A stretch of 64,000 nucleotides of DNA from Dendrobates tinctorius (taxonomy: Eukaryota): NCBI RefSeq assembly GCF_039654945.1, contig NW_027361773.1, positions 11,036,001 through 11,100,000 of the forward strand, in the 5' to 3' direction. The notes under the pieces were generated by a model. That model searched no databases, was not told where the DNA came from, and was given only the letters and a program-made list of their open reading frames with translations. Of this stretch, positions 24,304 through 35,406 are shown one piece after another (the stretch's first letter is position 1; the number at the start of each line of letters is the position of its first letter). The position numbers and the translations under genes were made by a program.

Positions 24304-24426
24304 CAACTGGGATCTGAAGCCTTTCCAAATTATGTCTGGCACAAGGAACTTTTACAAAATCATCCGTAACTTCCACAATATCAAACTCCATTCCTTTAGC
24401 TTTATGTACAGTTCCTAAAGTATAAT
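24304..24426 (-). CDS. FBH1: FBH1 exon with motif V ([17 protein letters not shown]...[13 protein letters not shown]), 123 nt
   Basis: tttcag acceptor, gtgagt donor. Confidence 0.96.
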
Positions 24427-24977
24427 CTGAAAGAGAATTTTAGGCATTCAGCTTATTTATGCAAGGCATTACCCACCACCATGCACTAGACCAACAAGCA
24501 GTCAATTCTAAAATTCCAGGATTGGGGTATGAGACATACGTAAAATCTTGTGCATATGCCACAAATGTCTGGTACCATCTCTCTGATCAGCACAGACACT
24601 TATTCCTTCAACATGCACACAAATCCAATGGCCATCCAGCAATACATTCCTTACATTGGGAACCATTCACAGTAAAGCTGATTTAGATGATGTTCATAGA
24701 GGAATTTAAGCTCTAACTGGAACCTCTATGAGCAGTGCAGTCATTTTTGATAACAGAAATATTCCAGGTCTAACAGTTAATATAATGGAACCCCAACCGA
24801 CCACACTGTATGCCAATGGAGTCTGCCGGGTGCCATTTGGATCAGTCATATACCATATTCAGCACAGTTTACATTTTGAGTGGCAGCGGCAATGCAGATG
24901 TGAACAGCGCCTTAAAAGGGATTTTGTGGCATATGAACTAACAAATTCTATTGTCAGGGTTTCAAGGCCGATGATAC

Positions 24978-25175
24978 CTGCATCTTGTGGGTGAGAAGTG
25001 TGACACCTTTCTATTCTCGTCACCAACTCCGGGATTCGTTGATTATACTTTTCAACAATAGAAATTTTGCCTTCAAGCTCTCGATCTTCCGAACTTAACG
25101 CATACTCCTTTAATGCTGGAAACCCCCCTTTTTTATTCCATGTCGCAATGAATCGGTCTTTAATATTCCAGCTTT
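24978..25175 (-). CDS. FBH1: FBH1 exon ([12 protein letters not shown]...[23 protein letters not shown]...QDA), 198 nt
   Basis: Lies within ORF 24859..25338; AG/GT boundaries. Confidence 0.94.
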
Positions 25176-25227
25176 CTATTGACAAGAGGAAGGAAAATAA
25201 TGACTGCATAAAAAAAAGTTCTGCTAA

Positions 25228-25554
25228 GGCCTCATTCAGACATCCGTGTTCCACATGCGCTAGCCGTGATTTTCTTGGAAGGAACACATACCCACTATAG
25301 TGTAATTTTCTGTAGACCATTTTCTGTGCCATAATCATCGAGACATGTATTGATACTTTTCATCCTAGATTTTGGAAAACTACTGATAAGACTATGGGTC
25401 TGTGAAAATCAGACAGCACACGGGTGGAATCAGTGTCCAGGACTAAAATTCCAAAGGAAATTATATCATTTATTTATCAATATGTGAAAATGACTGATGA
25501 AACCCTGTTGGCACTCAGATCCAATACACTGGCGATGCTCATCTGAATGAGGCC
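25228..25554. mobile_element. Harbinger-type MITE filling most of a 448-nt FBH1 intron
   Basis: TIR ggcctcattcaga / tctgaatgaggcc. Confidence 0.7.
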
Positions 25555-25623
25555 TGCTGCTTCTAGATATTACATGACTTGTGACAGTAAAGAAAAAAAC
25601 CTAAAATGGATGAAGAAACTTAC

Positions 25624-25699
25624 TTTTCTGCCTCTCAGGTTCAGGTTGAAGTAATAGCCAAATATCAGAAATTTTGCTCAGTCCAAAGCCTTCTGGTCC
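25624..25699 (-). CDS. FBH1: FBH1 exon (GPEGFGLSKISDIWLLLQPEPERQK), 76 nt
   Basis: tttcag acceptor, gtaagt donor. Confidence 0.93.
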
Positions 25700-26131
25700 C
25701 TGAAATAAAAATTGTAAAGTAGAAACTGGATACTTTTATCTTAAATCAGTCAGTCAATCCAGCCCTTCCAAACTATATGAACATGTATCACTTTCAAAGA
25801 CAAGTCCAGCAAAACCTTCACATGACCAGTACGTTCCTCCATTTTGGAGACAGAATTGATATGCAAATGAGGCTGGAGAGCTATTTGTAGATCAGAAGCC
25901 TCTGTCACTCCAGCTCTATTCTCCTCCTAGTGCTGCCTCCTCCTGCTTGACTGACCGACTCTAGTTCTTTGAATGAACTGGCACAGAATAGACTAGCAAT
26001 CAGGAGGCGGCACTGCGAGGAGAAAAAGAGTTAGAGTGATGGAAGCATCATAACTACAAATAGCTGTTCGAGCTCATTTCTCAGCAACAAACCATGTAAA
26101 GGTATTGCTGGACTTGGCTTTGAAAGTGTTA

Positions 26132-26510
26132 GGCTAAGTTCACATGTGCGTATGGCAGGTCTGCGTACGTCCTCCCTTAAGCTCTGCCTACTTCCGCATG
26201 CATCCTGCGTACCTATCTTTAACATTGGGTACGCAGGGACATGCGTTGTACGCGGATGCGTCCGCATGCGGCGTTTTGACGTGCCCACCGGCCACACGGG
26301 AACGCAATATTTTGCATTTCTGTGCATTCGGCTGGCACATCAAAATGCCGCATGCGGACGCATCCGCACACAACACATGTTCCTGCGTACCCAATGTTAA
26401 AGATAAGGAGGCAGGAAAACGCAGGACGCATGAGGAAGTAGGCGGAGCGTTGGCAGAGCTTAAGAGAGGATGTATACACAGACCTGCCATACGCAAGTGT
26501 GAACTTAGCC
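26132..26510. mobile_element. Harbinger-type palindromic MITE
   Basis: TIR ggctaagttcaca / tgtgaacttagcc; TTA TSD on both sides. Confidence 0.85.
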
Positions 26511-26887
26511 TTACATGTGCGTCTAGTTTGGTGACTGAAATCCTCCTGTGAGATTCCCTTTAGCTTTTGCCCTACACACTGTGCCACTTCAAACATTATT
26601 ACACTATAAAAGTTATATGTATAAGTGATGCGGTAATTCAGAAGTAAATGGCATGCTCCACTACTATTTGAAATAACAGTTATAAACCATAGCAGTAAAG
26701 GTAGACGTATACATCCAAGATGACAAACCTTGTTATTGGTTTCTAGTTGCCATTTGCGCCGATGAAGTGCAATGTTACTGTACAATCATTTACATTTTGC
26801 AGGTAAAATCTGTGCATTTTGTATAAAATAAGAACAGTCTCTGAAGAATATTGCTAAATGCCTAATGTTGGGCACCTGCAATTACAG

Positions 26888-27544
26888 CACACAAAACCCA
26901 TAAAGAGGTGACCTAATTTCATAAGGCACTTCCAAAATACCATTAAACCTATAAATTACAAGAAGTATATGACACATAAATTTAAAATTCAATCTTTATT
27001 AACATTATTGACAAACAATTGGTAAAAATTAATTCTATTAATTTAGTGGATAGACATACAAATGGACCTGAAAACACAGGATCAGTAATACCCAATTAAT
27101 CAGCTAATGATCAAAGTAAATAAAAAAGAGAAAAAACATGAAAAAATAAATACTAATACAAAAAAGTACTATTTGGTACAATTGGTGCTTATATGGTTCA
27201 ATGGATATGAAAACAATTATTTTCCAATCAATGTGTGAATAAAGGATTAATCCTAACGTTCAAACTGAACTAGAAAGCATCTATAAAGATGTCAGGACAT
27301 TATATCCATAATATATGAGCACTAATGCTAAATTACACTATAGATACTTAAATGAACCATAAGGATGATAAATTTATTATTTTCTCATGAAAGCTATAAA
27401 TTTTTGTTATACAGAGCTCATAACAGCGTAGAAAATAGAAAATGTATTTATATATACCACTCCTCAAATAAGTTACAGAAAAAATAACAGATAAACAAAT
27501 AAAATGCAATAGTGCTCAAAATGTCTTAGTGTATTCCTGACACA

Positions 27545-27632
<88 letters not shown>

Positions 27633-28301
27633 GCTTAAAAGATAATGCTATGATAAAGCCATAGTATATAATGATAAGTGTGCAAGTATGCTACTCAAAG
27701 TGTCAGGTGGAATACACTAAGACATTTTGAGCACTATTGCATTTTATTTGTTTATCTGTTATTTTTTCTGTAACTTATTTGAGAAGTGGTATATATAAAT
27801 ACAATATTCTATTTTCTATGCTGTTATGAGCTCTGTATAACAAAAATTATAGCTTTCATGAGAAAATAAATTTATCATCCTTATGGTTCATTTAAGTATC
27901 TATAGTGTAATTTAGCATTAGTGCTCATATATTATGGATATAATGTCCTGACATCTTTATAGATGCTTTCTAGTTCAGTTTGAACGTTAGGATTAATCCA
28001 TTATTCACACATTGATTGGAAAATAATTGTTTTCATATCCATTGAACCATATAAGCACCAATTGTACCAGATAGTACTTTTTTGTATTAGTATTTATTTT
28101 TTCATGCTTTTTTTCTTTTTTTATTTACTTTGATCATTAGCTCATTAATTGGGTATTACTGATCCTGTGTTTTCAGGTCCATTTGTGTGTCTACCCACTA
28201 AATGAATAGAATTTATTGACAAACAATTGGTAAAAAATTATGTTAATAAAGATTGAATTTTAAATGTATTTAGCATATACTTCTTGTAATTTATAGGTTT
28301 A
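26888..28301. repeat. AT-rich fold-back insertion with ~600-bp inverted arms and a (TA)n-containing spacer
   Basis: Arms 26943-27542 and 27701-28302; (TA)n at 27549-27630; 14-bp direct repeat acctgcaattacag at 26874 and 28302. Confidence 0.9.
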
Positions 28302-28482
28302 ACCTGCAATTACAGGCAGCTAAAAATCAGACCATAACAAAGTGATTGCAGTCAGGTAGAGCTTTCTCTGAAATGCTGCAGTGTTGGAAAACAGTTTGAA
28401 AAGCCAGCCGGGGACGGGGAGAGACCTGACTAGTCCGATGAGGCCCCAATCCCGCTCCAACTGACTGACAGGTCTCAATCTA

Positions 28483-30324
28483 CAGATGCGTCTCACAAAA
28501 TTAGAATATCATCAAAAAGTTAATTTATTTCAGTTGTTCAATACAAAAAGTGAAACTCCTATATTATACAGAGTCATTACAGACAGAGTGATCTATTCCA
28601 AGTGTTTATTTCTGTTAATGTTGATGATTATAGCTTACAGCCAATGAAAACCCAAAAGTCATTATCTCAGTAAATTAGAATACGAAAAAACATCTACAAA
28701 GGATTCCTAATCATTTAAAAAGGTCCCCTAGTCTGTTTCAGTAGTCTCCACAATCATGGGGAAGACTGCTGACTTGATAGATGTCCAGAAGGCAGTCTGA
28801 CACACTCCACATGGAGGGTAAGCCACAAAAGGTCAATGCTAAAGAAGCTGGCTGAGGAAGAGTGGAGAGGCACACAATCCAAGCAGCTTGAGGTCTAGTG
28901 TGAAGTTTCCACAATCAGTAATGGTTTGGGGAGCCATGTCATCTGCTGCTGTAGATCCACTGTGTTTTATCAAGACCAAAGTCAGCGCAGCCGTCTACCA
29001 GGAAATTTTAGAGCATTTTAGAGCACTTCATGCTTCCCTCTGCTGACAAGCTTTTTGGAGATGGAAATTTAATTCTCCAGCAGGACTTGGCACCTGTTCA
29101 TACTGACAAAAGTACCAATACCTGGTTTAAAAACAACAGTATCACTGTGCTTGATTGGCCAGCAAACTCACCTGACCTTAACGCCATAGAGAATCTATGC
29201 GGTATAGTCAAGAGGAAGATGAGAGACACCAAACCCCACAATGCAGATGAGTTGAAGGCGGCTATCAATGCAACCTGGGCTTCCATAACACCTCAGCAGT
29301 GCCACAGGCTGATCGCCACAATTCCACACCGCATTAATGCAGTAATTGAAGAAAAAGGATCCCCAACCAAGTATTGAGTGCATTTAACTGGATATACATT
29401 TCAGTAGGCCAACATTTCGTATTTTAAAGGGAACCTGTCACCACTTTTTTGAGCTACCAGGTAAAAATATCATTCAATGTAGTGTCACCTATGCATTAGA
29501 CAATTATTTTTGATATCCATTGACTTCCACGTATGTTCCATAAATACCATTTTTTATTCCTCCCACGCTGTATGTAAATATGCTCGGTCCGATCCAATGG
29601 GCGTTGCTTATTGTCCATCTCCCCCCCCCCTCCTGGCTTGCTCTATGCATTCCTTTCAGGGAATTTCTGCATTCGTGTAGAGTTTTGGCATGTGCGCATT
29701 CAAATGCTCTCTTGCGTATGCGCAGTATGCTTTGCCCAACTGTGGGCAAAGCAGAAAAGCAGTATTGCGCATGCGCTGGCATACGCGATTGCTTTCTATG
29801 GCTCAGAAGACGAGAGACCATTTGAATGCGCACGTGCCAAAACTCTACGCGAACGCAGAAATTCCCTGAAAGGAATTCATAGAGCAAGCCAGGAGAGGGG
29901 GGGGGGGAGATGGACAATAAGCAACGCCCATCGGACCGAGCATATTTACATAGAGTGCGGGAGGAATAAAAACGGTATTTATGGAACATACGTGGGGAGT
30001 CAAGGGGTATCAAAAGTACTTGTGTAATGCATAAGTGACACTAAGTTGAATGATATTTTTACCTGGTAGCCCAAAAAAGTGGTGACAGGTTCGCTTTAAA
30101 ATCATTTTTCAAGCTGGTGTTATAAAGTGTTCTAATTTACTGAGATAATGACTTTCGGGTTTTCATTGGCTGTAAGCCATAATCATCAACATTAACAGAA
30201 ATAAACCCTTGAAATACATCACTCTGTGTGTAATGTCTCTATATAATATATGAGTTTCACGTTTTGTATTGAAGAACTGAAATAAATTAACTTTTTGATA
30301 TTCTAATTTTGTGACAATCACCTG
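28483..30324 (+). mobile_element. Tc1 DD34E transposon, internally deleted, with nested MITE
   Basis: TA-flanked TIRs; MGKTADL start near 28756; ORF 29030..29377 contains QDLAPVH...SPDLNAIE. Confidence 0.92.
29428..30095. mobile_element. Kolobok/T2-type palindromic MITE
   Basis: TTAA TSD; agggaacctgtcaccactttttt / aaaaaagtggtgacaggttcgct. Confidence 0.85.
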
Positions 30325-31866
30325 TATATACATATGGGAGAGACATATCACTCACCTGGAGTGGGATGAGGAGGTGGGCAACAAGCAGCCAGCGGATACA
30401 TCGGACTAGTCAGGTCTCTACTTATACTCACTGGCCAGCTCTTCAAACTGTGTTTTCTCTGAAATGCTCCAACATTTCAGAGAAAGACAAATCTGGCTGC
30501 AGTCATACAGTCAGGCTCGGATTTATGCTGCCTGTGTTTTGAGCAGAATTAGTCTAAGGACAGGTTTCCTTTAATTCATCAAATTCATCTGGTGTAAAAC
30601 TGTTTGACATGTCAAAAAGAGTTGGGACTTTTGGAATTTTTATTGTACAACTCCAGGCAGCACAACTTCTAGAGAGCACAAACAGAGCTAGGGTGCAAGT
30701 TCCAGCAGAGCCGACCGCTTGTTCAATAAGCTTCAAACTGCATGCTTTCACTTAAAGACTCACACCAAACAATAAAGCCAGGGAGTAGGAGCATCAGTAA
30801 TTTTTAGATCAACCCCAACCAACAATTTTCCGAAAAGGAGGTAGAGCTTAGCAGAAGTTTGTGGCTTGAAAAATTCATCATAATTTATGCCACAAAAGGG
30901 ACATCCTTTTTTTTTTTTTTGTTTTAACACAGACGCATGGCAACTGAAGGAGGTTTTTAGATTCATTAAGAGGTACATGCCTCCTAAAGAATTTGGTACA
31001 TCTTTCTCCCATAGAGTCTTTACCAAGACTGTTGCCCAAAACACCAGCCTTCATGAATCAGCCCCATAGTCTCTCCTCTCTGTATGGATGTCATTCTTAT
31101 TGAAGTGCTTGTCCAGTAAAAATAAGTAATAGCCAATCCACAGAGTAGGTAATAACTTGATTTTCGGTGGGTGTCCCACCGTCATGATCCGCACCAACAG
31201 GCAGATTGTAGAACTATTATACCAGTTACAAAATGGTGTGACACCCAACCACCACTCCATTCATTCTTTTAGGGGCTCCTGGAAAAAAACATTCAGCAGC
31301 TCCAAAGAGAACTTGAGCGGAGATTACATGTGCACTAATCCCTTCATTATTTCTGCTGATCGGTGCGGGTCCAATCGGTCAAACCTCTCACCAGTCAACA
31401 AGTTATCACATAACCTGTGAAAAAACAAGTTGGCACTCCCATTATAAGCTGTGTACAGTACCTTATGAGTTCAAGTGAACAAGGGCAAAAATGTAATGCC
31501 CAATTACCCACATTAATAAATGGCATATAGGATCTACTGGTTGTAAACAAGCACAAATATGTTGTCCTAGGATTAAATATACTACGTGCCCTGTATAGAC
31601 ACTGAATGATAACGAGAGATATATGCGCAGAATCTCAGCACTGCTGTAAAGAATGGATTACCCCACGAGCATATGAGCAAGTACATTCCTGACAGCTTAG
31701 CTGGCCGTGTATAGGGAGTGGGAGAACTTGCTGTGCCCAATACCTGATGCAAAAATAGGCTGCAACCATACATAAACATTAAAACTGGAAAAAAGCAATC
31801 ATTTTTTAAAGTCCAGCTGAAATATTTATAAAAATTAAATAATTAGAAGGCGATCTCACTACTTAC

Positions 31867-31988
31867 CCCTATAATGTGGATCAGTGAAGGACTTTCTCCA
31901 TCGGTAACACTGACAGCCTGGTCAAACACAAAGGCATTGGTTCTAGATAGGATGGCAACCTTAGATTTGAAGTGCTCACGAACAGTGC
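31867..31988 (-). CDS. FBH1: FBH1 exon (TVREH...[16 protein letters not shown]...IHIIG), 122 nt
   Basis: AG acceptor, gtaagt donor; motif IVa. Confidence 0.94.
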
Positions 31989-32503
31989 CTTCAGTACAAA
32001 AAACATGCAGGATTGTCAGAATAGTATAACGCGACTGAAATGTAGTTGTAAAGCAATAATGTCTCTACAATCGATAAGAAACAATGAAGGTGTTGGAAAG
32101 TATTAAGTTACGTACCGGTAACGGTATTTTTCGGAGGCCCATGACAGCACCACGAGAGAGGGGATCCGCCCTATAGGAACAGGAAACCTACAGATACAAA
32201 AGGGCGGCACCTCTCCCACGCATCAGTTGGATTACAGAGCTTGAGAGGCTACCATGGTTAGTACACAACATATGATATATACAACCTATCTACCCTATTT
32301 AACAGAATTATTTCATACCATCTCCCACATAAGGTGATTCTATGAACAATCTTCTAAGGAGTGCACCCCTATATGTGAACAAGGGAGGGAACTAAGGGTG
32401 CTGTCATGGGCCTCCGAAAAATACCGTTACCAGTACGTAACTTAATACTTTATTCGGACTCCCATGACAGCACCACGAGAGAATTACAGAGATGTAAACT
32501 AAC

Positions 32504-34021
32504 TTAGGGAGGGACTACAGCCTGCAGCACCCTTAGCCCGAAGGTGAGGTCTGAGGAGGCACCCATGTCTAACCGATAGTGGTTAAAAAAGGTGGAAGGA
32601 GATGACCAGGTGGCCGCCTTACATATTTGATCAATTGATACTCCAGATCTCTCCGCCCAGGATGATGCCATGGCCCGAGTGGAATGTGCCCTCAGGTTCT
32701 GTGGAGCCGGACCGCCACCTGCTGTGTAGGCAAGAGAGATAGCCTCCCTAATCCACCTTGCTAATGTGCGTTTTGATACTCTGTATCCTTTCCTGGAACC
32801 TTGGAAGGATAGGAATAATGCGTTCTCCTTCTTCCAAGGATCCGTGGCTGCTAAATATGTCAGTAAGCATCTTCTAATATCTAACGCCTGGAGTTTCTGC
32901 TCTTTAGGGTTGGTTGGGTTAGGGAGGAAGGAAGGCAGAACTATCTCCTGTGTCCTGTGGAATTGTGTTGCTACCTTGGGAAGGTATGCTGGATCTGGCC
33001 TTAGGATTACTCTATCCTGTAAGAACTCTGTGTAAGGAGGCAATCTGGAAAGTGCCTGTATATCGCTCACCCTACGCGCGGATGTTATTGCTACCAGGAA
33101 TGCTGTCTTAAGAGATATAATCTTTAGTGAGGCGGAATCTAAAGGTTCAAACGGACTTTCTGTCATGGCTGTAAGGACTAAGTTTAAGTCCCACGGTACG
33201 CATCTGTCTTTGTGTATAGGTCTCGATCTGGCCGCTGCTCTGATGAACCTTGCTACCCAATAATCTTTTGCAATATCAGCTGCAAACAGGGCCCCTAAGG
33301 CTGAAACTTGTACTTTTAGCGTACTTGTGGAGAGACCCAATTCGAAACCTTTCTGGAGAAATTCCAGAATATGTTTCGTGGGAATTCCATCTCTGATGTC
33401 AAAGTGAAAGGTGGACAGGAAGCGTTTCCAGGTCCTAGCATAGATATTAGTGGTGGTTAATTTTCTGCTTCTTAGGAGGGTGTCAATTAAGTTCTTGGAG
33501 AACCCTCTATTTTTTAATAGTGACCTTTCAAATACCACGCCGTCAAATGAAGTCCCGCTACTTGTGGGTGGCTGACTGGCCCCTGGTAGAGGAGATCCGG
33601 AAGGTTCGGCAGTACCCAGGGATCGCCTACCGACATTGTCCTCAACCACGCGAACCAGGTCCTCCTGGGCCAAAAGGGGGCAATCAGTATGACTCTTGCC
33701 TGATCCTCTCTGATCTTCCTGACTACCAGAGGAAGAAGATTCAATGGTGGGAAGGCGTATGCCAGAGAAAAGTCCCATCTTATCAGTAGGGCATCCACCG
33801 CCAGGGGATTTTCCCTGGGGTTCAGAGAGCAGAACAATCTTTCTTTTCTGTTTTTTCTGGTGGCAAAGAGGTCTACCTCTGGCTGGCCCCATCTGCGGAC
33901 AATCTGGCGGTAAATATCTTTGTTCAAAGCCCATTCTCCTCGTCTTAGAGCCTTGCGGCTTAAAAAGTCTGCTCTTACATTGTCCTTTCCGCTGATGTGG
34001 AGCGCGGTCAAAGATAGACAA
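32504..34021 (-). CDS. DIRS tyrosine recombinase (505-aa ORF, open; overlaps pol)
   Basis: Catalytic residues in SARRVSD, HSTR and ATWSS..TF..HY. Confidence 0.94.
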   Translation of the reverse strand: MSIFDRAPHQRKGQCKSRLFKPQGSKTRRMGFEQRYLPPDCPQMGPARGRPLCHQKKQKRKIVLLSEPQGKSPGGGCPTDKMGLFSGIRLPTIESSSSGSQEDQRGSGKSHTDCPLLAQEDLVRVVEDNVGRRSLGTAEPSGSPLPGASQPPTSSGTSFDGVVFERSLLKNRGFSKNLIDTLLRSRKLTTTNIYARTWKRFLSTFHFDIRDGIPTKHILEFLQKGFELGLSTSTLKVQVSALGALFAADIAKDYWVARFIRAAARSRPIHKDRCVPWDLNLVLTAMTESPFEPLDSASLKIISLKTAFLVAITSARRVSDIQALSRLPPYTEFLQDRVILRPDPAYLPKVATQFHRTQEIVLPSFLPNPTNPKEQKLQALDIRRCLLTYLAATDPWKKENALFLSFQGSRKGYRVSKRTLARWIREAISLAYTAGGGPAPQNLRAHSTRAMASSWAERSGVSIDQICKAATWSSPSTFFNHYRLDMGASSDLTFGLRVLQAVVPP

Positions 34022-35394
34022 TTTCTCTCTGCTATCTGGAGGAGCCGTTCTGTTATCTGCATCAGAGCGCTGGAGCGGGTTCCACCTTGGTGGTTGACAT
34101 ATGCTACCGCTACCTGGTTGTCCGAGTGTATCCTCACATGATGGCCCTGCAGGTAGATAATGAGTTTCTTGACTGCCCGCTCTATCGCCAATAGTTCTCT
34201 CTGGTTGGATGAGATTTCAGAATTAGAATCCCACTGGCCCTGTACCACTATGTCCCCCATATGGGCTCCCCAACCGAAGGAACTTGCGTCTGTGGTTATA
34301 ATACGGGTTATCTGTGTTATCCAGGGCACCCCTGACGCTAGGTTCTCGCTCTCAAGCCACCATCTCAGTGATGTAACAGTTGAGGGGCTTAGACACATCC
34401 GACCCTGTAAGGAGCCTCCAAGGGCCCTGCTATTAATCAAGACGTCGTTTTGAAGGGTTCTGGTATGGAACTGTGCCCACCTTACTGCTGGGATGCATGA
34501 AGTTAGAGAACCTAACAGGGACATGGCCTGTCTGAGGGTCATAGATGGATTATCCATTGCCCGAAGAACCTGCTCCTGTATCTTTTGTAATTTATCTAGT
34601 GGTAGCAGGCACCGCTGAGTGTCTGAATTTAGTATCAACCCTAAAAATTTCTGTATTTTTAAGGGCTGGAGTCGGGATTTCTCGTAGTTTAAAATCCATC
34701 CCAGGTTTTCTAACCTGGATCTAGCTTTTTCTATCTGGGATTTACAATGACCCACCGATTTTCCTACCATCAAGAAATCGTCTAAATATGGAATGATTAA
34801 GACGTCAACCTCTCGTAAGTGAGCCATAACTTCGGCCACTAACTTTGTAAAAACCCTGGGTGCTGCTGAGAGACCAAAGGGAAGGGCTCTATACTGAAAA
34901 TGACATACTGTGCCCTCTACTGAAACTGCCACCCTCAGGAACTGCTGGAAGTCTGTATGGATAGGTACATGATAGTACGCGTCTTTCAAATCTATGACTG
35001 CCATAAAACAACCTTTAAACAATATTTTTATTGTTGTATTAATGGACTCCATTTTGAATGTATGATTAATCAAAAACTCGTTAAGGGAACGAAGGTTTAT
35101 AATCGTTCTGAATGTGTTATCAGGTTTCTGGATTAGAAACAGGGGAGAGTAAAACCCTCTTCCCCTTTCAGCCTCTGGAACCTCTACCAGGACATTTTTC
35201 TGACATAGGCTCAAGACTTCCGCTTCTAAAGCCGCTTGTTCGAGATGAGAAGATCTTAAGGGGGTCAGTTTAAAGGTGTCCCGCGGGATCTGGGTAAATT
35301 CCAACCTAAGCCCGGTGGATATTACCTTACGCGCCCAGTCACTATTCGTAATCTGTGACCATGCCGGGAAGAAGGATGACAGTCTACCCCCCAC
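33514..35394 (-). CDS. DIRS pol: reverse transcriptase, RNase H and DNA N6-adenine methyltransferase-like domain (626 aa, open)
   Basis: DLKDAY, LPFGL, YLDD; TDAS, SDN, ADFLSR; DLFAT and YAFPP. Confidence 0.95.
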   Translation of the reverse strand: MGGRLSSFFPAWSQITNSDWARKVISTGLRLEFTQIPRDTFKLTPLRSSHLEQAALEAEVLSLCQKNVLVEVPEAERGRGFYSPLFLIQKPDNTFRTIINLRSLNEFLINHTFKMESINTTIKILFKGCFMAVIDLKDAYYHVPIHTDFQQFLRVAVSVEGTVCHFQYRALPFGLSAAPRVFTKLVAEVMAHLREVDVLIIPYLDDFLMVGKSVGHCKSQIEKARSRLENLGWILNYEKSRLQPLKIQKFLGLILNSDTQRCLLPLDKLQKIQEQVLRAMDNPSMTLRQAMSLLGSLTSCIPAVRWAQFHTRTLQNDVLINSRALGGSLQGRMCLSPSTVTSLRWWLESENLASGVPWITQITRIITTDASSFGWGAHMGDIVVQGQWDSNSEISSNQRELLAIERAVKKLIIYLQGHHVRIHSDNQVAVAYVNHQGGTRSSALMQITERLLQIAERNCLSLTALHISGKDNVRADFLSRKALRRGEWALNKDIYRQIVRRWGQPEVDLFATRKNRKERLFCSLNPRENPLAVDALLIRWDFSLAYAFPPLNLLPLVVRKIREDQARVILIAPFWPRRTWFAWLRTMSVGDPWVLPNLPDLLYQGPVSHPQVAGLHLTAWYLKGHY

Positions 35395-35406
35395 GGGAAC
35401 CGCTAG

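Larger units (their letters stand above)
28312..30535. mobile_element. Palindromic MITE split by a Tc1 insertion
   Basis: agagacctgactagtccgatg (28421) is mirrored by catcggactagtcaggtctct (30399); caggcagc / gctgcctg ends. Confidence 0.65.

Noticed and set aside
30760-31420. Short ORFs including a CPFCG motif, possibly an old LINE
   Set aside because: No supporting RT or endonuclease motifs; cannot be assigned.
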